Below, piece after piece: positions 51,860-61,062 of a DNA stretch of 64,000 bases. The notes below the pieces were generated by a model that worked only from the letters and a program-made list of their open reading frames with translations, did not search any database and had not been told where the DNA came from. Positions within the stretch are counted from its first letter, which is position 1, and the number at the start of each line of letters is the position of its first letter. The translations under genes were made by a program, and so were the position numbers. Source of the DNA: an uncultured Planctomycetia bacterium (GTDB lineage Bacteria > Omnitrophota > Gorgyraeia > 2-02-FULL-51-18 > JAGOUK01); NCBI GenBank assembly GCA_964430735.1, contig CAYSFB010000003.1, forward strand, positions 66,039-130,038, read 5' to 3'.

Positions 51860-54528
51860 GCGACTCCGTCCCGACCCCGTCCGTGACGCCTGCGATGCAG
51901 GAAATGCCCAAGGCGTACGCGCCGGCGGCTGTCGAAAAGAAGTGGCGTAAGATCTGGGACGAGAAAAAGGTTTTTCACGCCCCGGACAAGGCCGATCCTT
52001 CCAAAGAAGTTTTTTCGATGGTCATTCCGCCGCCCAACGTCACGGGCGCGCTGCACATGGGCCATGCGCTCAACAACACCATTCAGGACATCCTCACGCG
52101 CTACTACCGGATGAACGGCCGCCACACGCTGTGGATGCCGGGCACCGACCACGCCGGCATCGCGACACAGAACGTCGTGGAAAAAGCGCTGCGCAAAGAG
52201 GGAACGAGCCGCGCCGACCTCGGCCGCGAAAAGTTCGTCGACCGCGTCTGGCAATGGCGCGACCAATACGGCAACCGCATCATCGAACAGCTCCAGCGCC
52301 TCGGCTGTTCCTGCGACTGGGACCGCATCCGCTTCACGATGGACGAGGGTCTGTCGCGCGCGGTCAAAGAAGTTTTTGTCCGCCTCTACGACAAGGGCCT
52401 GATTTACCGCTCCAACTACATCATCAACTGGTGCACGCGCTGCCAGACCGCGCTCTCCGACGAAGAAGCCGCTCATCGCGATGTGCAGGGCGCGTTCTAC
52501 CACCTGCGTTACACGACCGAGGACGGCAAGGATTCGATCGTGATCGCGACGACGCGGCCCGAGACGCTGCTCGGTGACACGGCGGTGGGTTTCCATCCCG
52601 AAGACGAGCGCTACAAGCATCTGATTGGAAAAAGCTTGGTGCTACCGCTGCTCGGCCGCAAGCTCCGCATCATTCAGGACGCGCAGATCGACCCGGCCTT
52701 CGGCACCGGCGCGCTTAAGATCACGCCCGCGCACGACCCCGTCGACTTCGACCTCGGCAAAAAGCACGGTCTCGACTCCGTCAATATCCTGAACACCGAC
52801 GGCACGCTCAACGCCAACGCCGGGCCGTATCAGGGCATGGACCGCTTCGCCGCGCGCAAGAAGATCATCGAAGACCTCAAAGAAAAAGGCATTCTGCTCG
52901 ACGTCAAAGAACACACGCATTCGGTCGGTCATTGCTATCGCTGCGACACCATCGTCGAGCCGTATTGCTCCGACCAGTGGTTTGTCAAAATGAAGCCGCT
53001 CGCCGGTCCCGCCATCGAAGCGGTCGAGTCCGGGCATACCAAGTTCCATCCGGAGCGCTGGTCCAAGACGTATATGGAGTGGATGACGAATATCCGGGAT
53101 TGGTGCATTTCGCGTCAGATCTGGTGGGGGCATCGCATTCCGGTTTATTACGCGACCGACGGCCGCTTCACGGCCGCGCTCGATGAGGCGGACGCGCGCA
53201 AGCGGCTGAACCTTCCGGCCGATGCTGTGCTGCGGCAAGATGAGGATGTGCTCGATACTTGGTTCAGCTCGTGGCTGTGGCCGTTTTCGACGCTGGGTTG
53301 GCCCGACAAGACCGAGGACTTGAAGCAGTACTATCCGACGCTGTCGCTCGTGACGGGGTACGAGATCATCTTTTTCTGGGTCGCGCGCATGATGATGGCC
53401 GGATCTGAGTTCATGGGCCAGCCGCCGTTCAAGGACATTTACATCCACGGCATCGTTCGCGCTTCCGACGGCTCGAAGATGTCCAAGTCCAAGGGCAATG
53501 TGGTCGACCCCATCGAGATCATCGACGAATTCGGCGCCGACGGCCTGCGCTACGGCATGATCCAGATCACCTCCGAAGGTCAGGACGTATACGCGTCCAA
53601 GGACCGCTTCGAGATCGGCCGCAACTTCGCCAACAAGATCTGGAACGCCACGCGCTTCGCGCTCATGAACCTGAACGAAACATCGCTCCAGAAGCCGGCG
53701 TCGGAGGCGGGCTTTTCGTCCGCGGACCGCTGGATCCTGAGCCGCTATCACAGCACCGTTCAGGATGTGTCCAAGTCGATCGAGACTTACCGTTTCCACG
53801 AAGCATCGTCGCGGCTGTATGACTTTTTTTGGTCCGAGGTTTGTGACTGGTATCTGGAGCTCTCCAAGCCCCGGATCCAGACGCCTGAGACCCAGTGGAC
53901 GCTGCGCACGGTGCTCGAGGGCAGCATGCACCTTTTGCACCCGCTCATGCCGTTCATCACCGAAGAATTATGGGAGTACCTGCGCCCGGGCAACACGACG
54001 CCGATCGCCAAAGGTACTTGGCCGACCGCCGACGCCCATTGGATCCGTCCCGAGATCGAGGAAGCGATGCAGGACCGCATTCAGGTCATTCAGGCTGTCC
54101 GGAATATCCGCGCCTCCTGGAAGATCGCGCCCAAGCAGGAGCTCACCGTGACCGTCCGCGCCGCTTCCGCCGCCGATGCTAAGAAGCTCACCGACGATCA
54201 GGCCGATCTCTGCCACCAGGCCCGCATCGGCAGCCTCACCGTCGTGACCGAGGCCCAGCGCCCGGCGGAGTCGGCGGTGATCAGCGTGCCGAGATTCGAT
54301 ATTTTTGTGGAGCTCAAGGGCTTGGTCGACTTCGAGGCCGAGCGCAAAAAAGTCCGCGAAGCGATCACGCAAACCGACGGCTTCATCGCCGGTCTCGCCG
54401 GCCGCCTCTCGAACGAAGCCTTCGTCGCCAAGGCCCCCGCCAAGGTCATCGAAGGCGAGCGCGCCCGTTTGGCCGAGCTCCAAGCCCAGAAGATCCGCCT
54501 CGAGGAAACGCTCAAGAGTCTGAACTGA
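51856..54528 (+). CDS. valS: valine--tRNA ligase
   Basis: HIGH-type PPNVTGALHMGHA, KMSKS, and a C-terminal coiled coil. ATGA overlap with cimA. Confidence 0.95.
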   Translation: MSDSVPTPSVTPAMQEMPKAYAPAAVEKKWRKIWDEKKVFHAPDKADPSKEVFSMVIPPPNVTGALHMGHALNNTIQDILTRYYRMNGRHTLWMPGTDHAGIATQNVVEKALRKEGTSRADLGREKFVDRVWQWRDQYGNRIIEQLQRLGCSCDWDRIRFTMDEGLSRAVKEVFVRLYDKGLIYRSNYIINWCTRCQTALSDEEAAHRDVQGAFYHLRYTTEDGKDSIVIATTRPETLLGDTAVGFHPEDERYKHLIGKSLVLPLLGRKLRIIQDAQIDPAFGTGALKITPAHDPVDFDLGKKHGLDSVNILNTDGTLNANAGPYQGMDRFAARKKIIEDLKEKGILLDVKEHTHSVGHCYRCDTIVEPYCSDQWFVKMKPLAGPAIEAVESGHTKFHPERWSKTYMEWMTNIRDWCISRQIWWGHRIPVYYATDGRFTAALDEADARKRLNLPADAVLRQDEDVLDTWFSSWLWPFSTLGWPDKTEDLKQYYPTLSLVTGYEIIFFWVARMMMAGSEFMGQPPFKDIYIHGIVRASDGSKMSKSKGNVVDPIEIIDEFGADGLRYGMIQITSEGQDVYASKDRFEIGRNFANKIWNATRFALMNLNETSLQKPASEAGFSSADRWILSRYHSTVQDVSKSIETYRFHEASSRLYDFFWSEVCDWYLELSKPRIQTPETQWTLRTVLEGSMHLLHPLMPFITEELWEYLRPGNTTPIAKGTWPTADAHWIRPEIEEAMQDRIQVIQAVRNIRASWKIAPKQELTVTVRAASAADAKKLTDDQADLCHQARIGSLTVVTEAQRPAESAVISVPRFDIFVELKGLVDFEAERKKVREAITQTDGFIAGLAGRLSNEAFVAKAPAKVIEGERARLAELQAQKIRLEETLKSLN

Positions 54529-54550
54529 TCGCCGCACTGGGGAGACGCGC

Positions 54551-55408
54551 ATGAAAGGGATCGACGCCCGGCTCGAAAAGCTCCTTCAAGCGTCCCTCGC
54601 CGAAGATATCGGCGCGCGCGACCTCACATCGCAGCTGCTCCCGCCCCGCCACGTCTCCAAAGCCGACGCTGTATTTAAAGAAGAGGCCGTTCTCTGCGGA
54701 ATGGTCGTCGCCGAACGGATCTTTCGCCTCGTCGACGAAGAGCTGCGGTTCCTGCCTGTCGCGAAAGACGGGGAAGTCATCGCCAAAGGCCGCGCGATCT
54801 TCTATGTCGAGGGCTCGACCCGCTCGATCCTGACGGCCGAACGCACGGCCCTCAATTACCTCCAGCACATGAGCGCCGTCGCGACCAAGACCCGCGCCTT
54901 CGTTGACGCCGTTAAGGGCACGCAAGCCAAGATCCTCGATACGCGCAAGACCTGGCCGCTGTTCCGCCAGCTCGACCGCTACGCCGTGGTCACGGGCGGC
55001 GGCGTGAATCACCGCAACGGGCTTTATGACGCGGTCCTGATCAAGGACAACCACATCGCGGCGCTACCGAATCAGTCGATCACCGAGATCGCCAAGTCCG
55101 CCCGCGCCAAATTCCCCAAGAATGTCCCCATCGGCGTGGAAGTGAAAAACCTCAAAGAGCTCGCCGCCGCGCTCGCCGGCCCCTGCGATTACATCCTGCT
55201 CGACAACTTTACGCCGGCCCAAGTCCAGGAAGCCGTCGCGTTCCGCAAGGCCCAAAAAGTCTTTATCCCGCTCGAAGTCTCCGGCGGCGTCACGCTCGAC
55301 ACCGTCGCCGACTACGCCAAATGCGGCGTCGACCGCATCTCCGTCGGCGCGTTGACGCATTCGGTCAAAGCGGTCGATATTTCGCTGAACCTTTTGCCGA
55401 CGCAATAA
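54551..55408 (+). CDS. nadC: nicotinate-nucleotide pyrophosphorylase (quinolinate phosphoribosyltransferase)
   Basis: QPRTase family length and motifs (LLDNF...GG). Confidence 0.85.
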   Translation: MKGIDARLEKLLQASLAEDIGARDLTSQLLPPRHVSKADAVFKEEAVLCGMVVAERIFRLVDEELRFLPVAKDGEVIAKGRAIFYVEGSTRSILTAERTALNYLQHMSAVATKTRAFVDAVKGTQAKILDTRKTWPLFRQLDRYAVVTGGGVNHRNGLYDAVLIKDNHIAALPNQSITEIAKSARAKFPKNVPIGVEVKNLKELAAALAGPCDYILLDNFTPAQVQEAVAFRKAQKVFIPLEVSGGVTLDTVADYAKCGVDRISVGALTHSVKAVDISLNLLPTQ

Positions 55409-57468
55409 TGAACTTTGAGCTGACCTCGGACTTCAAGCCCTCGGGCGACCAGCCCGCAGCGATCGCCGAGCTTCTAGCCGACATCGCCAAGGGCAAAAAG
55501 CACAACACGCTGCTCGGCGTGACCGGTTCGGGCAAGACCTTCACCGTCGCCAATGTCATCCAGGCCATCAACAAGCCCACGCTCGTCATTTCCCACAACA
55601 AGACGCTGGTCGCTCAGCTTTACTCCGAGCTCAAAGAGTTTTTCCCCAAGAACGCGGTCGAGTACTTCGTGAGCTATTACGATTACTACCAGCCCGAAGC
55701 GTATGTGCCGACCACTGACACCTTCATCGAGAAGGACTCGGCCATCAACGAGGATATTGACCGCCTGCGCCTGCGCGCGACGAGCTCGCTCCTCTCGCGA
55801 AGAGACTGCATCGTCGTCGCCAGCGTCAGCTGCATCTACGGCCTCGGCACGCCCGAAGACTACGCCAAGCTCCTTATCCTCGTCAAAAAAGGCGACCCCC
55901 TCGACCGCGACGCACTGCTCAAGCGCCTGGTGGAGATCCAGTACACCCGCAACGATGTTGAGCCCAAGCGCGGCACATTCCGGGTCAAGGGCGACACGGT
56001 CGACGTGTTCCTCGCGTACGAAGAAAAGGGGATGCGCTTCGTCCTCGAATTCGATGTCGTTTCCGAGATCCACATCATCGACCCACTGACGGGCGAGAGC
56101 CTCCAGGAGCTCGAGTCCGCTGCCGTGTACCCGGCCAAACACTTCGTCACGACCGAGGAGCGGATCGAGGAATCGATCAAGCTCATCGACGTTGAGGTTG
56201 AGGAACGCGTCAAATTCTTCACCGAGCAGCACAAATTCGTCGAGGCCCAGCGCATCGAACAGCGCGTCAAATACGACATCGAGATGATGCGCGCCCTCGG
56301 CTACTGCTCCGGCATCGAAAACTACTCGCGCTACCTGTCCGGCCGCGCCCCCGGCAGCCGGCCCTACTGCCTGCTCGACTATTTTCCGAAGGATTACCTG
56401 CTCGTGATCGATGAGTCCCATGTGACGCTCCCTCAAGTCCGAGGCATGTTCAACGGCGACCAGGCGCGCAAGCAGACGCTCGTCGACTACGGCTTCCGCC
56501 TTCCGAGCGCCCTCGACAACCGCCCGCTCCGATTCGAGGAGTTCGAAAAGCTCATCCCCCAAGCGATCTTCATCTCCGCGACGCCCGGCCCCTACGAGAT
56601 CAAGACTTCCGGCAAAATGATCGAGCAGGTCATAAGACCCACCGGCCTCATCGACCCCGAAGTCGAGATCCGCGCGACCAAGGGCCAGATCGACAACCTG
56701 ATCGAAGAAGTCCTCAAGCGCGCCGAAATAAAGGAAAAAGTCCTCGTCACCACGCTCACCAAGCGCATGTCTGAGGACCTGACGCGATTCCTCAACGACC
56801 GCGGCCTCCGCGCCAAGTACCTGCACTCCGAGATCGACGCCATCGAGCGCGTCGAGATCCTGCGCGACCTGCGCAAAGGCGAATTCGACGTCCTAGTGGG
56901 CATCAACCTCCTCCGGGAAGGCCTGGATTTACCGGAAGTTTCGCTCGTGGCGATCCTGGACGCGGACAAGGAGGGCTTCCTCCGAAGCGAAACGTCACTG
57001 ATCCAGACGGCCGGTCGCGCCGCGCGCCACGTGAACGGGCATGTCATCCTTTACGCCGACCACGTCACCGACGCGATGCAAAAAATGATGGACGAGGCCA
57101 CACGCCGCCGCAAGATCCAAGTCCAATACAACACCGACCACGGCATCACGCCGCGCGGCATCCACAAGAAGATCAGTGAGGGGATCGAAGGCATCAAGAA
57201 AATACGGGAAGTGGTCCAGGAAGCCGCCGGCCTCGACGACGACAAGTTGGAAAAAGTAGAGATCATCGACGAACTCGAGCGCCAGATGGAAGAAGCCTCC
57301 CGCAACCTCCAGTTTGAAAAAGCTATTCTCCTGCGCGACCGTATCACCGAGATGCAGAAGCGCTACTTCAGCGGCGCCGACAAAGACACCGGCCAATGGA
57401 AGCGCGGCGACGACAAGCCCGAGCGGCCAAAGAAGCATGTCCAACGCTTAAAGAAGCCCCAGAAATGA
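55408..57468 (+). CDS. uvrB: excinuclease ABC subunit B
   Basis: ATG 55408 overlaps the nadC TAA (TAATG). GVTGSGKT Walker A, and a C-terminal UVR domain. The track ORF starts earlier at 55321. Confidence 0.9.
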   Translation: MNFELTSDFKPSGDQPAAIAELLADIAKGKKHNTLLGVTGSGKTFTVANVIQAINKPTLVISHNKTLVAQLYSELKEFFPKNAVEYFVSYYDYYQPEAYVPTTDTFIEKDSAINEDIDRLRLRATSSLLSRRDCIVVASVSCIYGLGTPEDYAKLLILVKKGDPLDRDALLKRLVEIQYTRNDVEPKRGTFRVKGDTVDVFLAYEEKGMRFVLEFDVVSEIHIIDPLTGESLQELESAAVYPAKHFVTTEERIEESIKLIDVEVEERVKFFTEQHKFVEAQRIEQRVKYDIEMMRALGYCSGIENYSRYLSGRAPGSRPYCLLDYFPKDYLLVIDESHVTLPQVRGMFNGDQARKQTLVDYGFRLPSALDNRPLRFEEFEKLIPQAIFISATPGPYEIKTSGKMIEQVIRPTGLIDPEVEIRATKGQIDNLIEEVLKRAEIKEKVLVTTLTKRMSEDLTRFLNDRGLRAKYLHSEIDAIERVEILRDLRKGEFDVLVGINLLREGLDLPEVSLVAILDADKEGFLRSETSLIQTAGRAARHVNGHVILYADHVTDAMQKMMDEATRRRKIQVQYNTDHGITPRGIHKKISEGIEGIKKIREVVQEAAGLDDDKLEKVEIIDELERQMEEASRNLQFEKAILLRDRITEMQKRYFSGADKDTGQWKRGDDKPERPKKHVQRLKKPQK

Positions 57469-58478
57469 AGCGCGCCGCCTCCAACTCCAAGCCCCATAAG
57501 TCCGCGCTGGCCGATCTTTCGACTGACGATCTTTTGATCGCGCTGCTCAAGAACGCAGGCGGAGCGCATATTTCGGGTGAGGAGATCGCCCGGACGCTCG
57601 ACGTGAGCCGCAGCGCCGTCTGGAAGAAGATTAAAGAGCTGGAAGAAGTCGGTTACGGCATCGAGGCCGTCCCGCACTTGGGCTACCGCCTGACCGGCCT
57701 TCCGGAGCGCCTGGTCCCCGAAGAGATCCGCTTCGGTCTCAACACGCGCGCCCTCGGCCAACGCATCTTCGTCTTTCCGTCGACCGACTCAACCAACCGC
57801 GTCGCCCTCGACATGGGCCGCAAAGGCGCACCCCACGGCCAAGCCATCCTGGCCGAAACCCAGACCTCCGGCCGCGGCCGCTTGGGCCGCGCCTGGACCT
57901 CTCCCGCCGGCAAGGGGATCTACCTGTCGGTGATCCTGAGACCCAAGCTCGCCCTCTCGCAGCTTTCCAAACTCACACTCGCCGCTGCGGTCGCCGCCGC
58001 CGAGACGCTCGAAGCCGCCAAGATCAAGAATGTTCAGATCAAATGGCCCAACGACCTGCTGATCAAAGGCCGTAAAGTCTGCGGCATCCTGACCGAACTT
58101 GTCGCCGAAGCCGACCGCGTGGAATGCGTGATCTTGGGGATCGGCATCAATGTGAACACCGCTCAGGCCGATCTGCCGCCGCAGGCCACTTCGCTCAAGC
58201 TCGAAGCCGGCCGCGACCTCGACCGCAACCTCCTGACCGCCCAGCTGCTCAACAACCTGGAAGTCCGTCTAGCCCAAGTCGAAGGCCGCGCCTGGGAACA
58301 AACCCGCGCCGCCTGGAACCGCCGCAGCGCGGTCAAAGGGAAGTCGGTCAAAGTCACGACCCTCAACGAAGCCGTGGTCGGTACCGCCCAAGGCATCGAC
58401 CCCTCCGGCGCCCTCCTCGTCAAAACCCGCGACGGCCTCAAAAAAGTCTATTCCGGCGACGTCCTGTCCTGCCGCTAA
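57465..58478 (+). CDS. birA: bifunctional biotin--[acetyl-CoA-carboxylase] ligase / repressor BirA
   Basis: ATG 57465 overlaps the uvrB stop. N-terminal HTH (ISGEEIARTLDVSRSAVWKKIKELEE). Catalytic GRGRLGRAWTSP motif. Confidence 0.85.
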   Translation: MKRAASNSKPHKSALADLSTDDLLIALLKNAGGAHISGEEIARTLDVSRSAVWKKIKELEEVGYGIEAVPHLGYRLTGLPERLVPEEIRFGLNTRALGQRIFVFPSTDSTNRVALDMGRKGAPHGQAILAETQTSGRGRLGRAWTSPAGKGIYLSVILRPKLALSQLSKLTLAAAVAAAETLEAAKIKNVQIKWPNDLLIKGRKVCGILTELVAEADRVECVILGIGINVNTAQADLPPQATSLKLEAGRDLDRNLLTAQLLNNLEVRLAQVEGRAWEQTRAAWNRRSAVKGKSVKVTTLNEAVVGTAQGIDPSGALLVKTRDGLKKVYSGDVLSCR

Positions 58479-58523
58479 CCAAAGCCCCCGAGCCATCCAC
58501 CTCTCTTGAGTTTTACTCTTAAA

Positions 58524-58541
58524 TATAGTATATATGCTATA
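58524..58541 (+). promoter_or_regulatory. AT-rich near-palindrome TATAGTATATATGCTATA overlapping the start of the XRE regulator gene (candidate autoregulatory operator / -10)
   Basis: Seen in sequence. 18-bp inverted repeat with 2 mismatches ending at the ATG 58541. Confidence 0.35.
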
Positions 58542-59056
58542 TGTCAAACATTCCCGTCCACGTCGCCATCCGGTCGCAAAGAGAAGCAGCGGGCCTTTCT
58601 CAGGCCGAGCTCGCCGCCCGCTGCCGGATCGCGCAAGCCAATCTGTCGCATATCGAACGCGGGTCCCGGGACCTGACCGTTTCGACGCTCGCCCGGATCG
58701 CCGCAGCGCTAGGGACGACCGCATCATCCCTCGTCGCCGGGGTGCACGACACCCAAGCGCTCCCGCCGGACCGGGATTCGCTGGAGCGGATCGCAGCCGC
58801 GGCGGTCGAGGGGTCAGGATCAGCCAAGCAGAGCAAGCGGAGCGGACGGGCCCGGTTATCCCCGGCAGAACGAACCGCCGCCTCTCATCTGTCCGCGCTC
58901 GTCCCCGGACTCTCACCGACCGAAGTCCGTGACTCCGACGCTTACCAAGCCCATCAATATCTCAAACGAACATTCGGCCCCCAAACCCTCAAGACGATGA
59001 TCTCCAAGGTCCACAAAGCACAGGAGAGGGCGCATGCGCCGCAGAACGATCGATAA
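58541..59056 (+). CDS. XRE-family (Cro/C1) HTH transcriptional regulator with ~100-aa C-terminal extension
   Basis: SQAELAARCRIAQANLSHIERGSRDLTVSTLARIAAALG is a classic XRE HTH. Overlaps the next gene by 23 nt. Confidence 0.75.
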   Translation: MSNIPVHVAIRSQREAAGLSQAELAARCRIAQANLSHIERGSRDLTVSTLARIAAALGTTASSLVAGVHDTQALPPDRDSLERIAAAAVEGSGSAKQSKRSGRARLSPAERTAASHLSALVPGLSPTEVRDSDAYQAHQYLKRTFGPQTLKTMISKVHKAQERAHAPQNDR

Positions 59057-59645
59057 CTTCTTTACAGAATTAGACCGGGAGCTGGCCCGCCCGGCGCGCG
59101 TGATCCTGACCGGCGCCGCCTGCGGATCCCTGATGGGTCATATCCGCCCGAGCTTGGATGTGGACTTCGAAATACGGCCGGCGGGGACAGGGAAGCGCCC
59201 GCTCGATCCGGACGCACTTGCCGCGGCGATTCAAAAGGCCTCACGGCGCACAGGACTGGCGGCCCAGTACGCCACCGACATCAGCCGCTGGTCGATGATC
59301 GATTATTTGGACTACCGTAAAACGGCCGTGGCCTACAAAAAGATCGGTCGCCTCGAGATCCAACTCATCGCACCCGCCTATTGGACGATCGGCAAGATGG
59401 CAAGATTCCTGACCTCCGACATCGCGGACATGAGGAAGATCATCCGTTCCAAGCGCATCTCATCCGACCGCCTTATCCGGATCTGGGCCAAGGCGCTCAG
59501 ATCCAGCGATCCGTGTCTGGAATCCCGCCTATTCCGTGACCACGTTCAGGCATTTTTAACCCAGAACTCCCGCCGGCTCTGGGGCCCCAAGAGCTCCGCC
59601 GACAAGAACATAGCCCTTTTCCGCCGCCTCGCCCGCATCCGGTAG
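59034..59645 (+). CDS. minimal nucleotidyltransferase (Pol-beta superfamily) fold protein with a C-terminal helical extension containing an R-x4-H motif
   Basis: ILTGAACGSLMGHIRPSLDVDFEI matches the G[SG]-x9-13-D-x-D nucleotidyltransferase signature. C-terminal RLFRDH is an R-x4-H motif. Confidence 0.55.
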   Translation: MRRRTIDNFFTELDRELARPARVILTGAACGSLMGHIRPSLDVDFEIRPAGTGKRPLDPDALAAAIQKASRRTGLAAQYATDISRWSMIDYLDYRKTAVAYKKIGRLEIQLIAPAYWTIGKMARFLTSDIADMRKIIRSKRISSDRLIRIWAKALRSSDPCLESRLFRDHVQAFLTQNSRRLWGPKSSADKNIALFRRLARIR

Positions 59646-59659
59646 CTCCAAACCCCGCA

Positions 59660-59668
59660 TGATATAAT
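59660..59668 (+). promoter_or_regulatory. extended -10 element TGATATAAT (putative coaX promoter)
   Basis: Same 9-mer as upstream of alaS. Lies 15 nt after the stop of the nucleotidyltransferase gene. Confidence 0.45.
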
Positions 59669-59705
59669 CAGCCGTCTTAAACCAGTATTAGCCGGAGAAG
59701 ATCCC

Positions 59706-60443
59706 ATTACAAAGCCCTTCATCCTCGCCATCGACGTCGGCAACACCAGCATCGCCTTCGGCATGTTCAAGGGTAAGAAGCTCGTCCGCCGCCACCGCTG
59801 CCTGACCCACGCCTTTAAGCCGTCCGACCTCAAGCCCTTCGCGTCCTACCGGGGCAAGATCGCCGAATCCATCATCTGCAGCGTCGTCCCCAAGGCCAAC
59901 GCCCCGCTGGAAAGCGCCCTCAAGAGGACGCTCCAGACCCCCGTCGTCCTCCTGGGCCGCGACCGCCAGGTTCCGATCCCCAACAAGACGCGGTTTCCGA
60001 AGCAGGTGGGCATGGACCGCCTCGTCAACGCCTGGGCCGCCTGGCAACGCTTCAAGCGCCCCTGCGTGGTGGTCGATTTCGGAACCGCCACCACTTTTGA
60101 TGTGGTGAACGGCAAAGGGGAGTATGTGGGCGGCGTGATCGCACCGGGAGTGGAGCTAACGCTGAACGCCTTGGCGGAAAAAACCGCTCTCTTACCCAAG
60201 ATCAAGCTGAAGCATGTGAAAAGCGTGATCGGCAACGACACGATCTCGAGCATTCGATCTGGATGTGCATATGGACTCGCAGCAATGTGCGATGGAATTC
60301 TTCAAGAAATTAGTAGGCATTCCCAAAAACAACACATGGTTGTAGCTACCGGTGGATATGCTAAATTTATAGCAAAATACGGACGGCACATTCGAAAGAT
60401 TGAAGAAAACCTAACTCTAATAGCCATCAAAAGCAGTGTGTAA
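59706..60443 (+). CDS. coaX: type III pantothenate kinase CoaX (Baf); N-terminus lacks an ATG/GTG/TTG start
   Basis: The track ORF starts at ATG 59763. The same frame is open back to the TAG at 59643-59645 and encodes the conserved PanK-III phosphate-1 motif PFILAIDVGNTSIAFGMF upstream of that ATG. The only plausible initiator is ATT 59706, 8 nt after GGAG (59694-59697). The last ~65 codons are in low-GC DNA. Confidence 0.6.
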   Translation: MTKPFILAIDVGNTSIAFGMFKGKKLVRRHRCLTHAFKPSDLKPFASYRGKIAESIICSVVPKANAPLESALKRTLQTPVVLLGRDRQVPIPNKTRFPKQVGMDRLVNAWAAWQRFKRPCVVVDFGTATTFDVVNGKGEYVGGVIAPGVELTLNALAEKTALLPKIKLKHVKSVIGNDTISSIRSGCAYGLAAMCDGILQEISRHSQKQHMVVATGGYAKFIAKYGRHIRKIEENLTLIAIKSSV

Positions 60444-60467
60444 TAAAAATACAAATACGGGGATCTG

Positions 60468-61058
60468 ATGGATAAAGCATATATCTTTGTGGATGGATCC
60501 TGCTTGTTCGCCGCTATTCGAGATGTCCAAAAAAACCAACCCAAATTTAAAGACAAAAAAGTCAACATTACAGCGCTTAGTAGAATTTGGATGGGTCTTT
60601 GGCTCAACAATAGCGCCTCGGTCACCCGTGTTGTTTATTATTTCAAAAAAGGTGACAAAAGAATCCAAGAATACTTAGCCATTCCAGACACTACGCACCC
60701 TGGCAACAAAGATCATTGGCTTATCAAAGAATGCGCAGAAAGTGCGGGCACAATACCGGATACTGAATTGCAAAAACTAGATGAAAAGTATCGAGATAAT
60801 TATGCTCGAGCCGAAAAGGGTCTCGATGTTCAGCTGGCGTGTGAGGCGCTGTTACTTGTAATAAACGGACGAATTGCGAACGCTGTATTTATGGTTAATG
60901 ATAGAGATTTTGTCCCTCTCTTTAATGCTATACACGATGCCGGAGGCAACGTTTATTTGACCGCTCTCGATGGAAAACGTCCCATTCGGCGCGAGCTTTC
61001 AGATTTGTGTGATCGATTTCTTGCTATTGATTCTGAGTTACCTGGAATTTTTGTTTAA
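60468..61058 (+). CDS. NYN-domain (LabA-like PIN-fold) ribonuclease, encoded on a low-GC segment
   Basis: N-terminal YIFVDGSCL (DG-x-N/C-L) and C-terminal FMVNDRDFVPL (D-x-DF-x-P) NYN motifs. Local GC far below the genome average. Confidence 0.55.
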   Translation: MDKAYIFVDGSCLFAAIRDVQKNQPKFKDKKVNITALSRIWMGLWLNNSASVTRVVYYFKKGDKRIQEYLAIPDTTHPGNKDHWLIKECAESAGTIPDTELQKLDEKYRDNYARAEKGLDVQLACEALLLVINGRIANAVFMVNDRDFVPLFNAIHDAGGNVYLTALDGKRPIRRELSDLCDRFLAIDSELPGIFV

Positions 61059-61062
61059 TAAA

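Noticed and set aside
59646-59762. Treating coaX as a frameshifted pseudogene
   Set aside because: No frameshift is needed: the conserved N-terminus is in the same frame as the rest. Only the initiator codon is non-canonical. This is kept as a finding rather than called a pseudogene.
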